A stretch of DNA of 64,000 nucleotides, taken from Planctomycetota bacterium. Lineage in GTDB: Bacteria > Planctomycetota > B15-G4. The notes beneath the pieces were generated by a model. It searched no databases and was not told the DNA's origin. It worked only from the letters and a program-made list of their open reading frames with translations. The stretch spans positions 123,432-187,431 of the forward strand of contig JBBQUR010000010.1 in NCBI GenBank assembly GCA_038212275.1, read 5' to 3'. The translations under genes and the position numbers were made by a program. This document shows positions 29,874 through 41,591 of the stretch, piece after piece (positions within the stretch are counted from its first letter, which is position 1; the number at the start of each line of letters is the position of its first letter).

Positions 29874-32789
29874 ATGTGCATCCCCCCGAAGACAATCGCC
29901 CCGGCTCCTCGTGCCTTTCGCCGCCGCGCGTCCCTCGCCGTCGCAGCGCTCGCGCTGGCGTGCGTCGCAGGTGGCGCCAGCGCGAGCGCGTCGGCGCAGG
30001 CCGACGGCAATCCGCTGCCGCTGGCCGATCCGCCGACACCGCTGCGCATTCACACCAGCCTTTACCGCAACAGCGGCACCAAGTATCTGCCGTTCACGGC
30101 GGCCAGCAAGTCATCCTTCCAGGTGCTCGTGCGCCTGTTCGACGGCCCCGCCGGAGAACCGATCTACGACGAGTTCGGCGTGCCGTGGGAGGAGCTGATC
30201 ACCATCGCGTCGTCGTCCTCCGCACCGTCGAGTCCCGACAGCGGGCAGCTCTCGGAGCCCGCGGCAGTGAAGGGCGAGGTCGACCTGCTCATCGGCGGCA
30301 GCAGGCCGCTGCCCTCCAACCTGATGCAGCTCGACGTGTGGTTCAGCACGGAGGTGCACACGCTGAAGAACGGCGTCGTCGCCAAGACCTACGCGGCCTC
30401 GCCGCGGCAACCCTTCGGCGTGAGCGGCTTCACCTCGGGACAGAGCCTCGCGCCCCGCAACCTCGTCATCGGCGGGCAGACGGTCATCGACCAGAGCGGC
30501 GCGTGGGTCGGTCCGCCCATCGAGGGCGTCGTCGTCGAAGGCCCGCCCGGTCCCGCCGGCCCCGCGGGCCCGGTCGGCCCGGTCGGCGCGACCGGCGCTA
30601 CGGGTCCGCAGGGGGTGGCCGGCATCGATGGCGCGGCTGGTGCCGACGGTGCCCCGGGACCCGCAGGTCCGCCCGGCGCGACAGGCGCGACAGGCGCGAC
30701 AGGCATAACGGGGCCGCCCGGTGCGAAAGGCGCGACAGGTGACCTCGGTGCGATGGGCCCGCAGGGATTGCCCGGCAACGACGGCGCGGACGGCGCACCC
30801 GGCCCAGCCGGCCCCGTCGGCCCGCAGGGTGACATCGGGCCGATCGGTGCACCCGGCGGCCCCGGACCGACAGGCCCGCAGGGTCTTCCCGGCAGCGACG
30901 GTACAAATGGAGCCGACGGCGCGCCTGGCCCAGCAGGCCCGGCAGGTCCAGCCGGCGACGTGGGTCCGATCGGTGCCCAAGGTGACCCCGGTTCGATGGG
31001 CCCGCAGGGATTTCCCGGCAACGACGGCGCCGCTGGCCCGCCCGGTGTGGACGGTGCGCCCGGTGTGGACGGTGCACCTGGGGCCTCTGGCCTGCCCGGC
31101 GCGGACGGTGCCCCCGGCATGGACGGCGCACCCGGTCCGACGGGCCCCGCGGGACTGCCTGGCGCCGATGGCGCAAATGGAGCCGACGGTGCGCCTGGCC
31201 CGGCAGGTCCGGCAGGTCCGGCCGGCGACGTGGGTCCGATCGGTGCCCAAGGTGACGCCGGTCCGATGGGCCCGCAGGGATTGCCCGGCAACGACGGCGC
31301 CACTGGCCCGCCCGGCGCCGACGGCGCACCCGGTATGGACGGTGCGCCCGGCGCCGACGGTGCACCCGGGGCCGACGGCCTGCCTGGCGCGGACGGTGCC
31401 CCCGGCATGGATGGCGCACCCGGTCCGACGGGCCCCGCGGGTCTGCCTGGCGCCGATGGCGCAAATGGAGCCGACGGTGCACCCGGCCCGGCAGGTCCAG
31501 CCGGCGACGTGGGTCCGATCGGCGCCCAAGGTGACGCCGGTCCGATGGGCCCGCAGGGATTGCCCGGCAGCGACGGTGCACCCGGCCTCGACGGCGCGCC
31601 CGGCGCCGACGGAGTGCCCGGGCCGGCCGGCGACGTGGGGCCAGCGGGCGCGGATGGCGTGGACGGCGCCGACGGCGCGCCCGGCCTCGATGGCGCGTCC
31701 GGTCCGCAGGGACCTGCGGGCCCGACGTTCACGGGCGGCACGGTGAGCAGCCTGACGGTCACGTCGGGCGGCACGAGCATCTCGGCGCAAGGCGACATCG
31801 TCGCGGACGGCGCGCTGTCGTCGGGCGTCGGCACGATCAAGACCGGTGGCGGCATCGCCGGCCCGATGCGCCTCGAGTCCAACTTCGACATCGCGTTCGT
31901 GAGCGATGCGGACAACAACAGCCCCGACCCCTGGTTCCAGTGGTACCGCGGCCCCGTGAGCGCCGGCAATGTCACGGCGCGACTCACGCAGACCGGCAAT
32001 CACTTCATCGATGGCGCGTACTTCGGCGGCGGTGCCGACCTGGCGGAGTACTACCCGACCAGCGATGGCACGCTTGCCGCGCAGCACGGCGCCCTGGTGG
32101 CGATCGACCCGGCACACGCGGCGCACGTGCAGCTTGCGCGTCGCGGCGTCGCGGAGGCGCTGCTCGGCGTCATCTCCACGCGGCCCGGCATGGTGCTCGG
32201 CAACGGCGGCATCGATGGCGATCAGCCCGAGCTGCTGCGCGCGGCGGAGCTGGCGCGCCTTGACGGCAATGACGGCCTCGCCGCGGCGTTGCGCAGCGAG
32301 TGGGATGCGGCGCAGGAGCGCCGGACTGATCGCGTGCTCATCGCGCTGGCCGGCCGCGTGCCGTTGCGCGTGGACTCGTCCGGCGGCGTCATCGCGCCGG
32401 GAGATCGGCTGGGCCTCGGCACCGAGCCCGGCGCCGCCGCGCGCTGGAACGGTGTGGGTCCGGTGGTGGCCGTCGCCCTCGACGCGTGGCACGGCGCGTC
32501 CGGCGACGGCGACACGGTGCTCGCCTTCGTGTCGCTCGAGCGCGGCGGCCCGGTGTCAGCCGCCGCGACACTCGCTCCGCTTACCGGCAGCGGCACGATT
32601 CCACGCGGCGCGACGCAACGCGTCGTGCCGGTCGCGGGCATGACCGCGCAGGGCCAGCCGCTCGTCACGCTCTACGGCGACCCGGGCGGTCGCTGGTGGA
32701 TCGGCGCGCGCGAAGCAGGCCGCTTCACGATCGTGCTCGCGCAGCCCGCGCCGGATGATCTCGACTTCGGATACCTGCTGCAGCGCTGA
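29874..32789 (+). CDS. Secreted collagen-like protein with a C-terminal peptidase-G2/IMC-like (GADLAE) domain
   Basis: Signal peptide; about 390 aa of Gly-[20 protein letters not shown] and IALAGRVP motifs. Confidence 0.85.
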   Translation: MCIPPKTIAPAPRAFRRRASLAVAALALACVAGGASASASAQADGNPLPLADPPTPLRIHTSLYRNSGTKYLPFTAASKSSFQVLVRLFDGPAGEPIYDEFGVPWEELITIASSSSAPSSPDSGQLSEPAAVKGEVDLLIGGSRPLPSNLMQLDVWFSTEVHTLKNGVVAKTYAASPRQPFGVSGFTSGQSLAPRNLVIGGQTVIDQSGAWVGPPIEGVVVEGPPGPAGPAGPVGPVGATGATGPQGVAGIDGAAGADGAPGPAGPPGATGATGATGITGPPGAKGATGDLGAMGPQGLPGNDGADGAPGPAGPVGPQGDIGPIGAPGGPGPTGPQGLPGSDGTNGADGAPGPAGPAGPAGDVGPIGAQGDPGSMGPQGFPGNDGAAGPPGVDGAPGVDGAPGASGLPGADGAPGMDGAPGPTGPAGLPGADGANGADGAPGPAGPAGPAGDVGPIGAQGDAGPMGPQGLPGNDGATGPPGADGAPGMDGAPGADGAPGADGLPGADGAPGMDGAPGPTGPAGLPGADGANGADGAPGPAGPAGDVGPIGAQGDAGPMGPQGLPGSDGAPGLDGAPGADGVPGPAGDVGPAGADGVDGADGAPGLDGASGPQGPAGPTFTGGTVSSLTVTSGGTSISAQGDIVADGALSSGVGTIKTGGGIAGPMRLESNFDIAFVSDADNNSPDPWFQWYRGPVSAGNVTARLTQTGNHFIDGAYFGGGADLAEYYPTSDGTLAAQHGALVAIDPAHAAHVQLARRGVAEALLGVISTRPGMVLGNGGIDGDQPELLRAAELARLDGNDGLAAALRSEWDAAQERRTDRVLIALAGRVPLRVDSSGGVIAPGDRLGLGTEPGAAARWNGVGPVVAVALDAWHGASGDGDTVLAFVSLERGGPVSAAATLAPLTGSGTIPRGATQRVVPVAGMTAQGQPLVTLYGDPGGRWWIGAREAGRFTIVLAQPAPDDLDFGYLLQR
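30541..31723 (+). repeat. Collagen (Gly-X-Y)n region with three large near-identical blocks
   Basis: CAAATGGAGCCGACGG recurs at 30904, 31174 and 31462 (periods 270 and 288 nt). Confidence 0.9.
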
Positions 32790-32831
32790 GCGCCAACCCT
32801 GCCGCCTCGTGCCGGGCCCTGCGGCCTCACG

Positions 32832-32852
32832 TCCAGACGCGATCCTGATGCG
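32832..32852 (+). promoter_or_regulatory. Putative KdpE (OmpR-type) direct-repeat box, copy 1
   Basis: TCCAGAC-GCGA-TCCTGATGCG, 11-bp periodicity. Confidence 0.45.
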
Positions 32853-32966
32853 CAACGTCCGTCTCTTGCACCTGCCTGATGTCCATGCTGCTTTCATGCA
32901 GGCATGCATCAAATCCGCGTGTACACAGTGCAACCCGCGCGCCGCCGGGCGGCGTGCCGACATGCC

Positions 32967-33755
32967 ATGGCGCGGTGCGTGCCGCCAGGCCTTTTCGCGC
33001 TCGCGCTGCTGGCCGGCGCGTGCACCGCGCCGCCGGCCGACACGCCCGCGGCCACGCCGCAGCGCCCGACTTTCGGCTCCAGCGCGACGACGACGGCGGC
33101 GGGCACCATCGAGGTCGAGTGGGGCGTGCTGCAGGACCCGGGCGACCTGACCGACACGCCGCTGACGGTGAAGTTCGGCGCCGACGAGCACACCGAATAC
33201 TTCGTGCGCGCGTCGCCGCTGATTCACGTCGTGGGTGACAGCGAGAGGCACTCCGGCTTCGGGGACCTCGGGCTGGGCGGGCGCTGGCGCGTGCAGGACG
33301 AGAGTCCGGACAGCGCGGCGTGGGCGCTGCAGGCCGCGCTCAAATTCCCGACGGCGAGCGAGGACGAGGGCCTCGGCACGGGCAACCAGGATGCGCTGCT
33401 CGCCGTGATCCGCACGCGCACGATCGGCGCCGCCACCTTCAACGCCTTCTACCAGCTCGAACTGCTGGGGCAGGATGGCTCGCAGGTGGATGTCGGGCAC
33501 GATCTCGCGCTGGCGCTCGGCGCTCCGGTGGATGGCCGGCTCTCGGCCTTCGGCGAACTGACGGAACACTGGATACCGGAGCAGGACATCCAGGCGCTCT
33601 TCCTGACGACGGGGCTCGCCTTCGCGGTGACTCCCGCGTGGGTGCTCGACACGGCGGTCATCGTCGGCCTGAACGACGACGCGCCGGGACTGCAGGTCAC
33701 CGTCGGCTTCACGCGCAACTTCGGGCGCTTCCGGCCGGAACCGGAGGGCCCGTGA
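32967..33755 (+). CDS. Outer-membrane beta-barrel 'transporter' family protein (MetA-pathway/SphA-like)
   Basis: QRPTF, SGFGD..LG.RWR, KFPTA...GLG.G, alternating beta strands and a terminal GFTRNF. Confidence 0.75.
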   Translation: MARCVPPGLFALALLAGACTAPPADTPAATPQRPTFGSSATTTAAGTIEVEWGVLQDPGDLTDTPLTVKFGADEHTEYFVRASPLIHVVGDSERHSGFGDLGLGGRWRVQDESPDSAAWALQAALKFPTASEDEGLGTGNQDALLAVIRTRTIGAATFNAFYQLELLGQDGSQVDVGHDLALALGAPVDGRLSAFGELTEHWIPEQDIQALFLTTGLAFAVTPAWVLDTAVIVGLNDDAPGLQVTVGFTRNFGRFRPEPEGP

Positions 33756-33785
33756 GGCCGCGCAGCGCGTCGAGCGCACCTCCAG

Positions 33786-33806
33786 TCCTGACACTTTCCT
33801 GATGCG
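33786..33806 (+). promoter_or_regulatory. Putative KdpE (OmpR-type) direct-repeat box, copy 2
   Basis: TCCTGAC-ACTT-TCCTGATGCG, about 40 nt upstream of the kdp operon. Confidence 0.55.
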
Positions 33807-33847
33807 GTGCACGACATGCTTGCAGCGCAGATGATGAGGAGCGCGAC

Positions 33848-33943
33848 ATGGACGACCTGATCTGGTGTGCGGCCGCGGTGGCCTTCTTCGTGCTGACGGC
33901 CGGCATGCTGGCGCTGTTCGAGCGCCTGCGGAGGCAGCCATGA
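33848..33943 (+). CDS. Small membrane peptide preceding kdpF (31 aa)
   Basis: [44 protein letters not shown] overlap with kdpF. Confidence 0.7.
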   Translation: MDDLIWCAAAVAFFVLTAGMLALFERLRRQP

Positions 33944-34032
33944 GTTCGCTGGCCGGAATCGGCGCCGTACTCGCGGCGCTGCTGCTGGTCTACCTGCTGG
34001 TGGCGCTGCTCGCACCGGAGCGATTGCAATGA
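33940..34032 (+). CDS. kdpF: K+-transporting ATPase subunit F
   Basis: [30 protein letters not shown] (YL..AL..PE motif); ATGA overlap with kdpA. Confidence 0.88.
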   Translation: MSSLAGIGAVLAALLLVYLLVALLAPERLQ

Positions 34033-35795
34033 ATGCCGCGTTCGGTGCGTGGACTGTCAACGACTTGGAGCGTGTCGCGATCTTTCTCGGGGCGCTGCTG
34101 CTGCTCGCCGGGCCGCTGGGCCTGTTCATGGCGCGCATCTTCACGGGCAAACGCACGTGGGTGTCCGCGCTTCTCGATCCCGTCGAGCGCCAGGCGTACC
34201 GCCTCGCCGGCGTGCGGCCGGACGCGGAGATGACGTGGCGCGGCTACGCGGGTGCGGTGCTGCTCTTCAATCTCGCCGGGCTGCTGCTGGTGTATGCGCT
34301 GCAGCGACTGCAGGGCGCGCTGCCGTTCAATCCGGACGGCCTGCCCGGCGTCGCGCCGGACCTGGCTTTCAACACGGCGGTCAGCTTCGCCACCAACACC
34401 AACTGGCAGGCTTACGGCGGCGAGACCACGATGTCCTGGCTCACGCAGATGCTCGCGCTCTGCGTGCAGAACTTCGTGTCGGCGGCGACGGGCATCGCGG
34501 TGCTGGTGGCGCTCGCGCGCGGCGTGCAGCGCCAGCGCAGCGCGACCATCGGCAGCTTCTGGGTGGACCTCGTGCGCGCCACGCTGCACGTGCTGCTGCC
34601 GCTCTCGGTGCTGCTGGCGCTGGCGCTCGTCGTGCAGGGCGTGCCGCAGACGCTGCAGCCCGCGGCGCACGCCACGCTCACGGCGCCGACCGTGGATGGC
34701 CAGGGCGCGCCGGTCACGGAGCAGGTCATCGCGCGCGGGCCGGTGGCCTCGCAGGTGGCCATCAAGCAGCTCGGCACGAACGGCGGCGGCTTCTTCAACG
34801 TGAACTCGGCGCACCCGTTCGAGAACCCGACGCCCGTGTCCAACCTGCTGCAGATGCTGGCCATCCTGGCCCTCGCCGCGGCGCTGTGCGTGACGTGGGG
34901 CCGGCTGGTGGGCGACGTCCGCCACGGCCGCGCGCTGCTGTGCGTGATGCTGCTGCTCTTCGTGCCTCTGCTCGCGGTCTGCCTCGGGGCGGAGCGTCAC
35001 GCGGGCCCGGCGCTGGCGCAACCCGGCGTGGACGTGGCGGCCTCCGAGCTGGCGCCCGGCGGCAACATGGAGGGCAAGGAGCTGCGCTTCGGCATCGCGG
35101 ACTCGGCGATCTGGGCCAGCGCCACCACCGCGGCGAGCAACGGTTCGGTCAACTCGATGCACGACAGCTACACGCCGCTCGGCGGGCTCGTGCCGATGGT
35201 GTTCATGCAGCTCGGCGAGGTGGTCTTCGGCGGCGTCGGCTCCGGGCTCTACGGGCTCGTGCTGTTCGCGCTGCTCGCGGTGTTCATCGCGGGACTGATG
35301 GTCGGGCGCACGCCGGAGTATCTCGGCAAGAAGATCGAGGCCTTCGAGATGAAGATGGCGTCGCTGGCGATCCTGCTGCCATGCCTCGCGGTGCTGGTCG
35401 GCACCGCGCTGGCCGTCTCGTCGGGCGCCGGGCGCGCGGGCGTCTTCAATCCTGGTGCGCACGGCTTCTCGGAGATCCTGTACGCCCTGTCGTCGGCGGG
35501 CAACAACAACGGCAGCGCCTTTGCGGGGCTGTCGGCGAACACGCCGTTCTACAACGCGCTGCTCGGCCTCGCGATGCTGGTGAGCCGCTACTGGGTCATG
35601 ATCCCGACGCTGGCCATCGCCGGCGCGCTCGCGGCCAAGACGCGCGTGCCGGTGAGCGCCGGCACGCTGCCGACGCACGGGCCGCTGTTCGTGGCGCTCG
35701 TGGCGGGCATCGTCGTTGTCGTCGGTGCGCTCACGTTCTTCCCGGCGCTCGCGCTCGGGCCGATCGTCGAGCAACTGAGTCTTGCGGGAGGCTGA
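34029..35795 (+). CDS. kdpA: K+-transporting ATPase subunit A
   Basis: [33 protein letters not shown] and NNGSAF. Confidence 0.98.
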   Translation: MNAAFGAWTVNDLERVAIFLGALLLLAGPLGLFMARIFTGKRTWVSALLDPVERQAYRLAGVRPDAEMTWRGYAGAVLLFNLAGLLLVYALQRLQGALPFNPDGLPGVAPDLAFNTAVSFATNTNWQAYGGETTMSWLTQMLALCVQNFVSAATGIAVLVALARGVQRQRSATIGSFWVDLVRATLHVLLPLSVLLALALVVQGVPQTLQPAAHATLTAPTVDGQGAPVTEQVIARGPVASQVAIKQLGTNGGGFFNVNSAHPFENPTPVSNLLQMLAILALAAALCVTWGRLVGDVRHGRALLCVMLLLFVPLLAVCLGAERHAGPALAQPGVDVAASELAPGGNMEGKELRFGIADSAIWASATTAASNGSVNSMHDSYTPLGGLVPMVFMQLGEVVFGGVGSGLYGLVLFALLAVFIAGLMVGRTPEYLGKKIEAFEMKMASLAILLPCLAVLVGTALAVSSGAGRAGVFNPGAHGFSEILYALSSAGNNNGSAFAGLSANTPFYNALLGLAMLVSRYWVMIPTLAIAGALAAKTRVPVSAGTLPTHGPLFVALVAGIVVVVGALTFFPALALGPIVEQLSLAGG

Positions 35796-35796
35796 C

Positions 35797-37992
35797 ATGA
35801 GCAGCATGAGTCACGACACGACCTCGAGCCGCAAGTCCGGCACCGGCTCGCCCTGGAGCGGCGCGCTGCTGCGGGAAGCGGTGTTCCAGTCTTTCGTGAA
35901 GCTGGACCCGCGCGTGCAGATCCGCAACCCGGTGATGTTCGTGGTGTGGGTCGGCTGCGTGCTGACCAGCGTGCTGTGGGCGCAGGCGCTGGCCGGCGCC
36001 GGCGAGGCGCCGACGTGGTTCATCGGCAGCGTGTGCCTCTGGCTCTGGTTCACCGTGCTCTTCGCGAACCTCGCGGAGTCCGTGGCGGAAGGCCGCGGCA
36101 AGGCGCAGGCCGACACGCTGCGCAAAGCGCGCAGCGAGAGCGTCGCGCACCGTCTCGCGGGGCCGCTGCGCGAGGCGACCGCAGCCGCGGCCGCCGTCGC
36201 TACGGCGGGCGCAACGGGCGGCACGGCGGGCGCAACCGGCTTGATGGGCGCGAACGCCCGGTCCGCAGGCTCGGGGTCACTGCTCGTCCCGGCCAGCGAG
36301 CTGCGCAAGGGCGACCACGTGCTCGTCTCAGCGGGCGAGTCCATCCCGGCCGACGGCGACGTCGTGCAGGGCGTCGCCTCCGTGGACGAGAGCGCGATCA
36401 CCGGCGAGAGCGCGCCCGTCATCCGCGAGAGCGGCGGCGACCGTTGCGCCGTCACCGGCGGCACGCGCGTGCTGTCGGACTGGATCGTGGTGCGCATCAC
36501 GGCCGAGCCGGGCGAGGGCTTCCTCGAGCGCATGATCGCGATGGTCGAGGGCAGCAGCCGGCGCCGCACGCCCAACGAGATCGCCCTCTCGATCCTGCTC
36601 GCGGCGCTGACGCTGGTCTTCCTCATGGCGACGGTGACGCTGCGGCCGTTCTCGGAGTACGCGGTGTCCGTCGCGGGCCAGGGCCAGGTCATCACGATCA
36701 CGGCGCTGGTCGCGCTGCTCGTGTGCCTCGCGCCCACGACCATCGGTGCGCTGGTGTCGGCCATCGGCATCGCGGGCATGGACCGCCTCATCCGCGCGAA
36801 CGTCATCGCGCTCTCGGGCCGCGCGGTGGAGGCCGCGGGCGACGTGGACGTGCTGCTGCTGGACAAGACCGGCACGATCACGCTGGGCAATCGTCAGGCC
36901 ACGGAGTTCCTGCCGGCCGAGGGCGTGACGGCGGAGCGGCTTGCGGACGCGGCGCAGCTTGCGTCGCTCGCGGACGAGACGCCCGAGGGTCGTTCCATCG
37001 TGGTGCTCGCGAAAGAGAAGCACGGCCTGCGCGGCCGCGATCTCGCGGCGCTGGGCGCGACCTTCGTGCCCTTCTCCGCGCAGACCGCGATGAGCGGCGT
37101 GGACCTTGACGGACGCAGCATCCGCAAGGGCTCGGCAGCAGCCATCGAGGGCTTCGTGACGCAGCGCGGCGGCAGCGTACCGCCGCAGCTCCGGCTCGAG
37201 GTCGAGCGCGTCGGGCGGCACGGCGGCACGCCGCTGCTCGTGGCCGAGGGCGGCGCGGTGCTCGGGCTCGTGCACCTGAAGGACATCGTGAAGGGCGGCA
37301 TCAAGGAGCGCTTCGCGGAGCTGCGCCGCATGGGCATCCGCACGATCATGATCACCGGCGACAACCCGCACACCGCGGCCGCCATCGCGGTGGAGGCCGG
37401 CGTGGACGACTTCCTCGCGCAGGCGACGCCCGAGGCCAAGCTCGCGCTCATCCGTGAACACCAGCAGGGCGGACAGCTCGTCGCGATGGCCGGCGACGGC
37501 ACGAACGACGCGCCGGCGCTCGCGCAGGCCGACGTCGCCGTGGCGATGAACACCGGCACACAGGCCGCGAAGGAAGCCGGCAACATGGTGGATCTCGACA
37601 GCAATCCGACGAAGCTCATCGAGATCGTGCACATCGGCAAACAATTGCTGATGACGCGCGGCTCGCTCACCACGTTCAGCATCAGCAACGACATCGCCAA
37701 GTACTTCGCGATCATCCCCGCGGTCTTCGTGACGACGTATCCGGCGCTCGGCGCGCTCAACGTGATGGGCCTGGCCACGCCGCAGAGCGCGATCCTCGCG
37801 TCGGTGATCTTCAACGCGCTCATCATCGTGGCGCTCATCCCGCTGGCGCTGCGTGGCGTGCGCTATCGCCCGGTCGGCGCGGCAAGGCTGCTGCGCCGCA
37901 ACCTGTTCGTCTTCGGACTCGGAGGACTTCTCGTGCCCTTCGCCGGCATCAAGCTCATCGACCTGGCCCTGGTCGCGATCGGGGCGACATGA
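35797..37992 (+). CDS. kdpB: K+-transporting ATPase subunit B
   Basis: TGES, DKTGT, TGDN and [10 protein letters not shown]. Confidence 0.98.
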   Translation: MSSMSHDTTSSRKSGTGSPWSGALLREAVFQSFVKLDPRVQIRNPVMFVVWVGCVLTSVLWAQALAGAGEAPTWFIGSVCLWLWFTVLFANLAESVAEGRGKAQADTLRKARSESVAHRLAGPLREATAAAAAVATAGATGGTAGATGLMGANARSAGSGSLLVPASELRKGDHVLVSAGESIPADGDVVQGVASVDESAITGESAPVIRESGGDRCAVTGGTRVLSDWIVVRITAEPGEGFLERMIAMVEGSSRRRTPNEIALSILLAALTLVFLMATVTLRPFSEYAVSVAGQGQVITITALVALLVCLAPTTIGALVSAIGIAGMDRLIRANVIALSGRAVEAAGDVDVLLLDKTGTITLGNRQATEFLPAEGVTAERLADAAQLASLADETPEGRSIVVLAKEKHGLRGRDLAALGATFVPFSAQTAMSGVDLDGRSIRKGSAAAIEGFVTQRGGSVPPQLRLEVERVGRHGGTPLLVAEGGAVLGLVHLKDIVKGGIKERFAELRRMGIRTIMITGDNPHTAAAIAVEAGVDDFLAQATPEAKLALIREHQQGGQLVAMAGDGTNDAPALAQADVAVAMNTGTQAAKEAGNMVDLDSNPTKLIEIVHIGKQLLMTRGSLTTFSISNDIAKYFAIIPAVFVTTYPALGALNVMGLATPQSAILASVIFNALIIVALIPLALRGVRYRPVGAARLLRRNLFVFGLGGLLVPFAGIKLIDLALVAIGAT

Positions 37993-38651
37993 ATCGCGAC
38001 GACAGCGAACCGGCTGCGCTCGCCGCACCGCTGCGCGAACTCGCGCCGTCGGACCACGCGCCGCCGGCGATGCCGTTCGGCGCGACGCTGCGCGCGGCGG
38101 TCACGCTGCTGCTCCTGTTCACCCTGCTGACGGGCGTGGCCTATCCGCTGTTCGTCACCGCGGTCGGCCAGCTCCTGTTTCCCGGGCCCGCGAACGGGAG
38201 CCTGGTCAGCGTGGACGGCCGGGTGGTGGGCTCGCGCCTCATCGGCCAGGCCTTCGACGGGCCGCGCTGGTTCCACGGGCGGCCGTCGGCGACGGGCCGC
38301 TTCCCCTACGACGCGTCGGCCTCCGGCGGCAGCAACCTCGGGCCGCTGAACCCCGCGCTGCGCGATGCGGTGGCGGCGCGGGTGGCCGCGCTGCGCGCCG
38401 AGGACCCGGCCAACACCGCGCCGATCCCCGTGGACCTGGTGACCACGTCGGCCAGCGGACTCGACCCGGAGATCAGCCCGGCCTCGGCCGAGTGGCAGGC
38501 GGAGCGCGTCGCGCGCGCGCGCGGCCTCCCGCCGGAGACGGTTCGGGCGCTCATCGCCGCGCACACCGAGGAGCGTGTGCTCGGAGTGCTCGGCGAGCCG
38601 CGCGTCAACGTGCTGCTGCTGAATCTCGCGCTCGATGCGTCGCAGCGGTAG
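37989..38651 (+). CDS. kdpC: K+-transporting ATPase subunit C
   Basis: [20 protein letters not shown] and VNVL.LNLALD. Confidence 0.97.
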   Translation: MNRDDSEPAALAAPLRELAPSDHAPPAMPFGATLRAAVTLLLLFTLLTGVAYPLFVTAVGQLLFPGPANGSLVSVDGRVVGSRLIGQAFDGPRWFHGRPSATGRFPYDASASGGSNLGPLNPALRDAVAARVAALRAEDPANTAPIPVDLVTTSASGLDPEISPASAEWQAERVARARGLPPETVRALIAAHTEERVLGVLGEPRVNVLLLNLALDASQR

Positions 38652-38702
38652 CCTTCCACGGGCCGTGCGGCCAGCGGGCGCGCACCGGAGAGCGCCGCCA
38701 TC

Positions 38703-41591
38703 GTGAGCGAGCCCGAGACACGTCCCGATCCGGACCGCCTGCTCGCGCAGCTCCGCGCCGAGGAGGAGAAGGCCCGTCGCGGCGCGCTGAAGATCTTCTT
38801 CGGCGCGTCGGCAGGCGTGGGCAAGACGTACACGATGCTCGAGGACGGCAGGAAGCAGCTCGCCGCCGGGCGCGATGTCGTCGTCGGTTACGTGGAGCCG
38901 CACGGGCGGCGCGAGACGGAGGCGCTGCTCGCGGGTCTGCCGCAGCTCGCGACGCGCCAGGTCAGTCACCGCGGCGTCGGCATGCTCGAGTTCGACGTGG
39001 ACGCCGCGCTCGCGCGCCGCCCCGCGCTCATCCTCGTGGACGAGCTGGCGCACACCAACGCGGACGGTTGCCGCCACGCCAAGCGCTGGCAGGACGTGGA
39101 GGACCTGCTCGCCGCGGGCATCGACGTGTACACGACGCTCAACGTGCAGCACCTTGAAAGCCTCAACGACATCGTCGCGCAGATCACCGGCGTCACCGTG
39201 CGCGAGACCCTGCCCGATGCGGTCTTCGAGCACGCCGACGACGTGGAGCTCATCGACCTCCCGCCGGACGACCTGCTCGCGCGGTTGCGCGAGGGCAAGG
39301 TCTACCTGCCGCAACTCGTGGAGCGCGCGCTGGCCGGCTTCTTCCGGCGCGGCAACCTCGTCGCGCTGCGCGAACTGGCGCTGCGCCGCACCGCGGATCG
39401 CGTGAATGCCGACGTGCTCTCCGTGCGCCGCCTGCAGGCCAGCCCGGGGCCGTGGCCGACGCGCGAGCGCGTGCTGGTGTGCCTCGGCCCGGACCGCGGT
39501 TCGGCCCGCGTCGTGCGCGCCGGGCGCCGCCTCGCCACGGCGCTGCGCGCGGACTGGATGGCAGCCACGGTGGAGACGCCGTTCACGAGGCGACTCTCGG
39601 AGGCGGGGCGCGCGCGCCTCGCGCAGAACCTGCGCCTCGCGGAGCGCCTCGGCGCGGAGACGATGACGCTCTCCGGCCAGCACATCGCCGACGAGATCCT
39701 GAGCTGCGCGCGCGCGCGCAACGTGACGCAGATCGTCGTGGGGGCGCCGGGAAAGCCGCGCTGGTTGCGCGCGGTCATCGGGTCCACCACCGACGACCTG
39801 ATCCGCTCGGGCGGCGACATCGACACGCACGTGGTGCCGCACGGCCGCGACGACGACGAGGACGCGGAGGCCGGTCGCGGCGAACAGGGCGACATGCGGG
39901 CGCCGCTCGCGCCCCGCCTCGCTCCGGGGGCCGAGCCCGAGGATGTGACGTCGCCGGCGCTGGGACCCGGCTATCGCGCCGCGGCGCTCGCCGTGCTCGC
40001 GAGCAGCGTGTTCGCCTGGCTGATGGACTGGGCGGGCCTCACCGAGGCCAACGTGATCATGACCTACCTGCTCGGCGTGGCCTATGTCGCGGCGCGGCAC
40101 GGGCGCGGCCCCGCCGTCGCGACGTCGGTCGCCAGCGTGGTGGCCTTCGATCTGCTCTTCGTGCCGCCGGCGTACACGCTCGCGGTGTCCGACACGCAGT
40201 ATCTGCTCACGTTCGCGGTGATGACCGGCATCGCGCTGCTCATCTCCGCGATGACGGTGCGCATCCGCGAGCAGGCCGAGGCCTCGCGCGAGCGCGAGCA
40301 GCGCACCGGCGCGCTCTTCCGCATGAGCCGCCACCTGTCCAGCACGACGGGCACGCTCACGCTCGTGCACGTCGCGCTGATCCAGCTCGCGGACGTGTTC
40401 GGCAAGGAGGTCACCATCCTGCTGCCCGGCGCCGACGGCCGGCTCGCGCCGCCGCCCGGCGCGCCGGCGGACTTCGTCGCGGTCGACGAACGCACGGGTG
40501 TCGCGCGCTGGGTCCTCGAGCACGGCCAGGCGGCGGGGCACGGCACGGACACGCTGCCCGGCTGCCAGGCACTTTACATGCCGCTGGCCGCGTCGCAGGG
40601 AACGCTCGGCGTGCTGGGCATCCGGCCGCCGCAGGGCGTGCAGCTTTCGGCGCCGGAGCAGCGCCAGCTTCTGGAGACGCTCGCCAACCAGATCGCGCTG
40701 GCGCTCGAACGCGACGCGCTGGCGCGTGCGGCGCAACAGGTGCAGGTGGCCGCGGAGACCGAGCGCCTGCGCAGTTCGCTGCTTGCCTCCGTCAGCCACG
40801 ACCTGCGCACGCCGCTGGCCGTCATCAGCGGCGCGAGCGGCGCGCTGCTCGACGAGGACGCATCGCGCGAGGGTGTCGTGCGGGACCCCGCCACGCGCCG
40901 GCAGATGCTGCAGAGCATCCACAGCGAGGCCGAGCGCCTCTCGCGCCTCGTGCGCAACCTGCTCGACATGACGCGCGTGGAGTCGGGCGCGCTGGTGCCC
41001 GAGTGCGAGTGGTTGCCGGTGGAGGAAGTCGTGGGGTCCGCGCTCAACGCGCTCGGCGGTCGACTTGCCGGGCGCGCGGTCAGCGTGGAGCTGCCTGCGG
41101 ACCTGCCGATGCTGCATGCCGACGGCGTACTGCTCGAGCAGGTCTTCATCAACCTGCTCGAGAATGCGCTGCGCCACACGCCCGAAGGCACGCCGATCGA
41201 GATCCGCGCACGCGCCGAGACCGCCTCCGGCAGCGCGCCGCGCGACGCACCCGGCGCGCCTGGCGCACTTGGCGCGCCTGGCGCACCCGGCGGCGCGACC
41301 TCCGGTGCGACGTCCGACGTGCGCGACGTCGTCATCGACTTCTCCGACCGCGGGCCGGGCATTCCGCTGGACGAGCTGCAGCGCGTGTTCGACAAGTTCT
41401 ACCGGAGCGAGCGCGGGCGCGGCGGCACGGGCCTCGGCCTGACCATCTGCCGCGGCATCCTGCAGGCGCACGGCGGCGGCATCGAGGCGCTTCCGCGCGA
41501 GGGCGGCGGCGCCACGTTCCGCCTGCGCATCCCGGTGAGCGGCCAGCCGCCCGCGCTTGCACCGGATCCCGCGCCGGATCCCGCGCCATGA
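38703..41591 (+). CDS. kdpD: Sensor histidine kinase KdpD
   Basis: GVGKTY, LVDELAHTN, USP domain, four TM, GAF, SHDLRTPL and HATPase. Confidence 0.97.
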   Translation: MSEPETRPDPDRLLAQLRAEEEKARRGALKIFFGASAGVGKTYTMLEDGRKQLAAGRDVVVGYVEPHGRRETEALLAGLPQLATRQVSHRGVGMLEFDVDAALARRPALILVDELAHTNADGCRHAKRWQDVEDLLAAGIDVYTTLNVQHLESLNDIVAQITGVTVRETLPDAVFEHADDVELIDLPPDDLLARLREGKVYLPQLVERALAGFFRRGNLVALRELALRRTADRVNADVLSVRRLQASPGPWPTRERVLVCLGPDRGSARVVRAGRRLATALRADWMAATVETPFTRRLSEAGRARLAQNLRLAERLGAETMTLSGQHIADEILSCARARNVTQIVVGAPGKPRWLRAVIGSTTDDLIRSGGDIDTHVVPHGRDDDEDAEAGRGEQGDMRAPLAPRLAPGAEPEDVTSPALGPGYRAAALAVLASSVFAWLMDWAGLTEANVIMTYLLGVAYVAARHGRGPAVATSVASVVAFDLLFVPPAYTLAVSDTQYLLTFAVMTGIALLISAMTVRIREQAEASREREQRTGALFRMSRHLSSTTGTLTLVHVALIQLADVFGKEVTILLPGADGRLAPPPGAPADFVAVDERTGVARWVLEHGQAAGHGTDTLPGCQALYMPLAASQGTLGVLGIRPPQGVQLSAPEQRQLLETLANQIALALERDALARAAQQVQVAAETERLRSSLLASVSHDLRTPLAVISGASGALLDEDASREGVVRDPATRRQMLQSIHSEAERLSRLVRNLLDMTRVESGALVPECEWLPVEEVVGSALNALGGRLAGRAVSVELPADLPMLHADGVLLEQVFINLLENALRHTPEGTPIEIRARAETASGSAPRDAPGAPGALGAPGAPGGATSGATSDVRDVVIDFSDRGPGIPLDELQRVFDKFYRSERGRGGTGLGLTICRGILQAHGGGIEALPREGGGATFRLRIPVSGQPPALAPDPAPDPAP

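Noticed and set aside
37863..41471. 1202-aa antisense ORF and similar long shadow ORFs (e.g. 13128..15092 +, 23668..26112 -, 30111..32492 -, 51882..54272 -)
   Set aside because: Stop-poor antisense frames of real GC-rich genes, with no recognisable motifs
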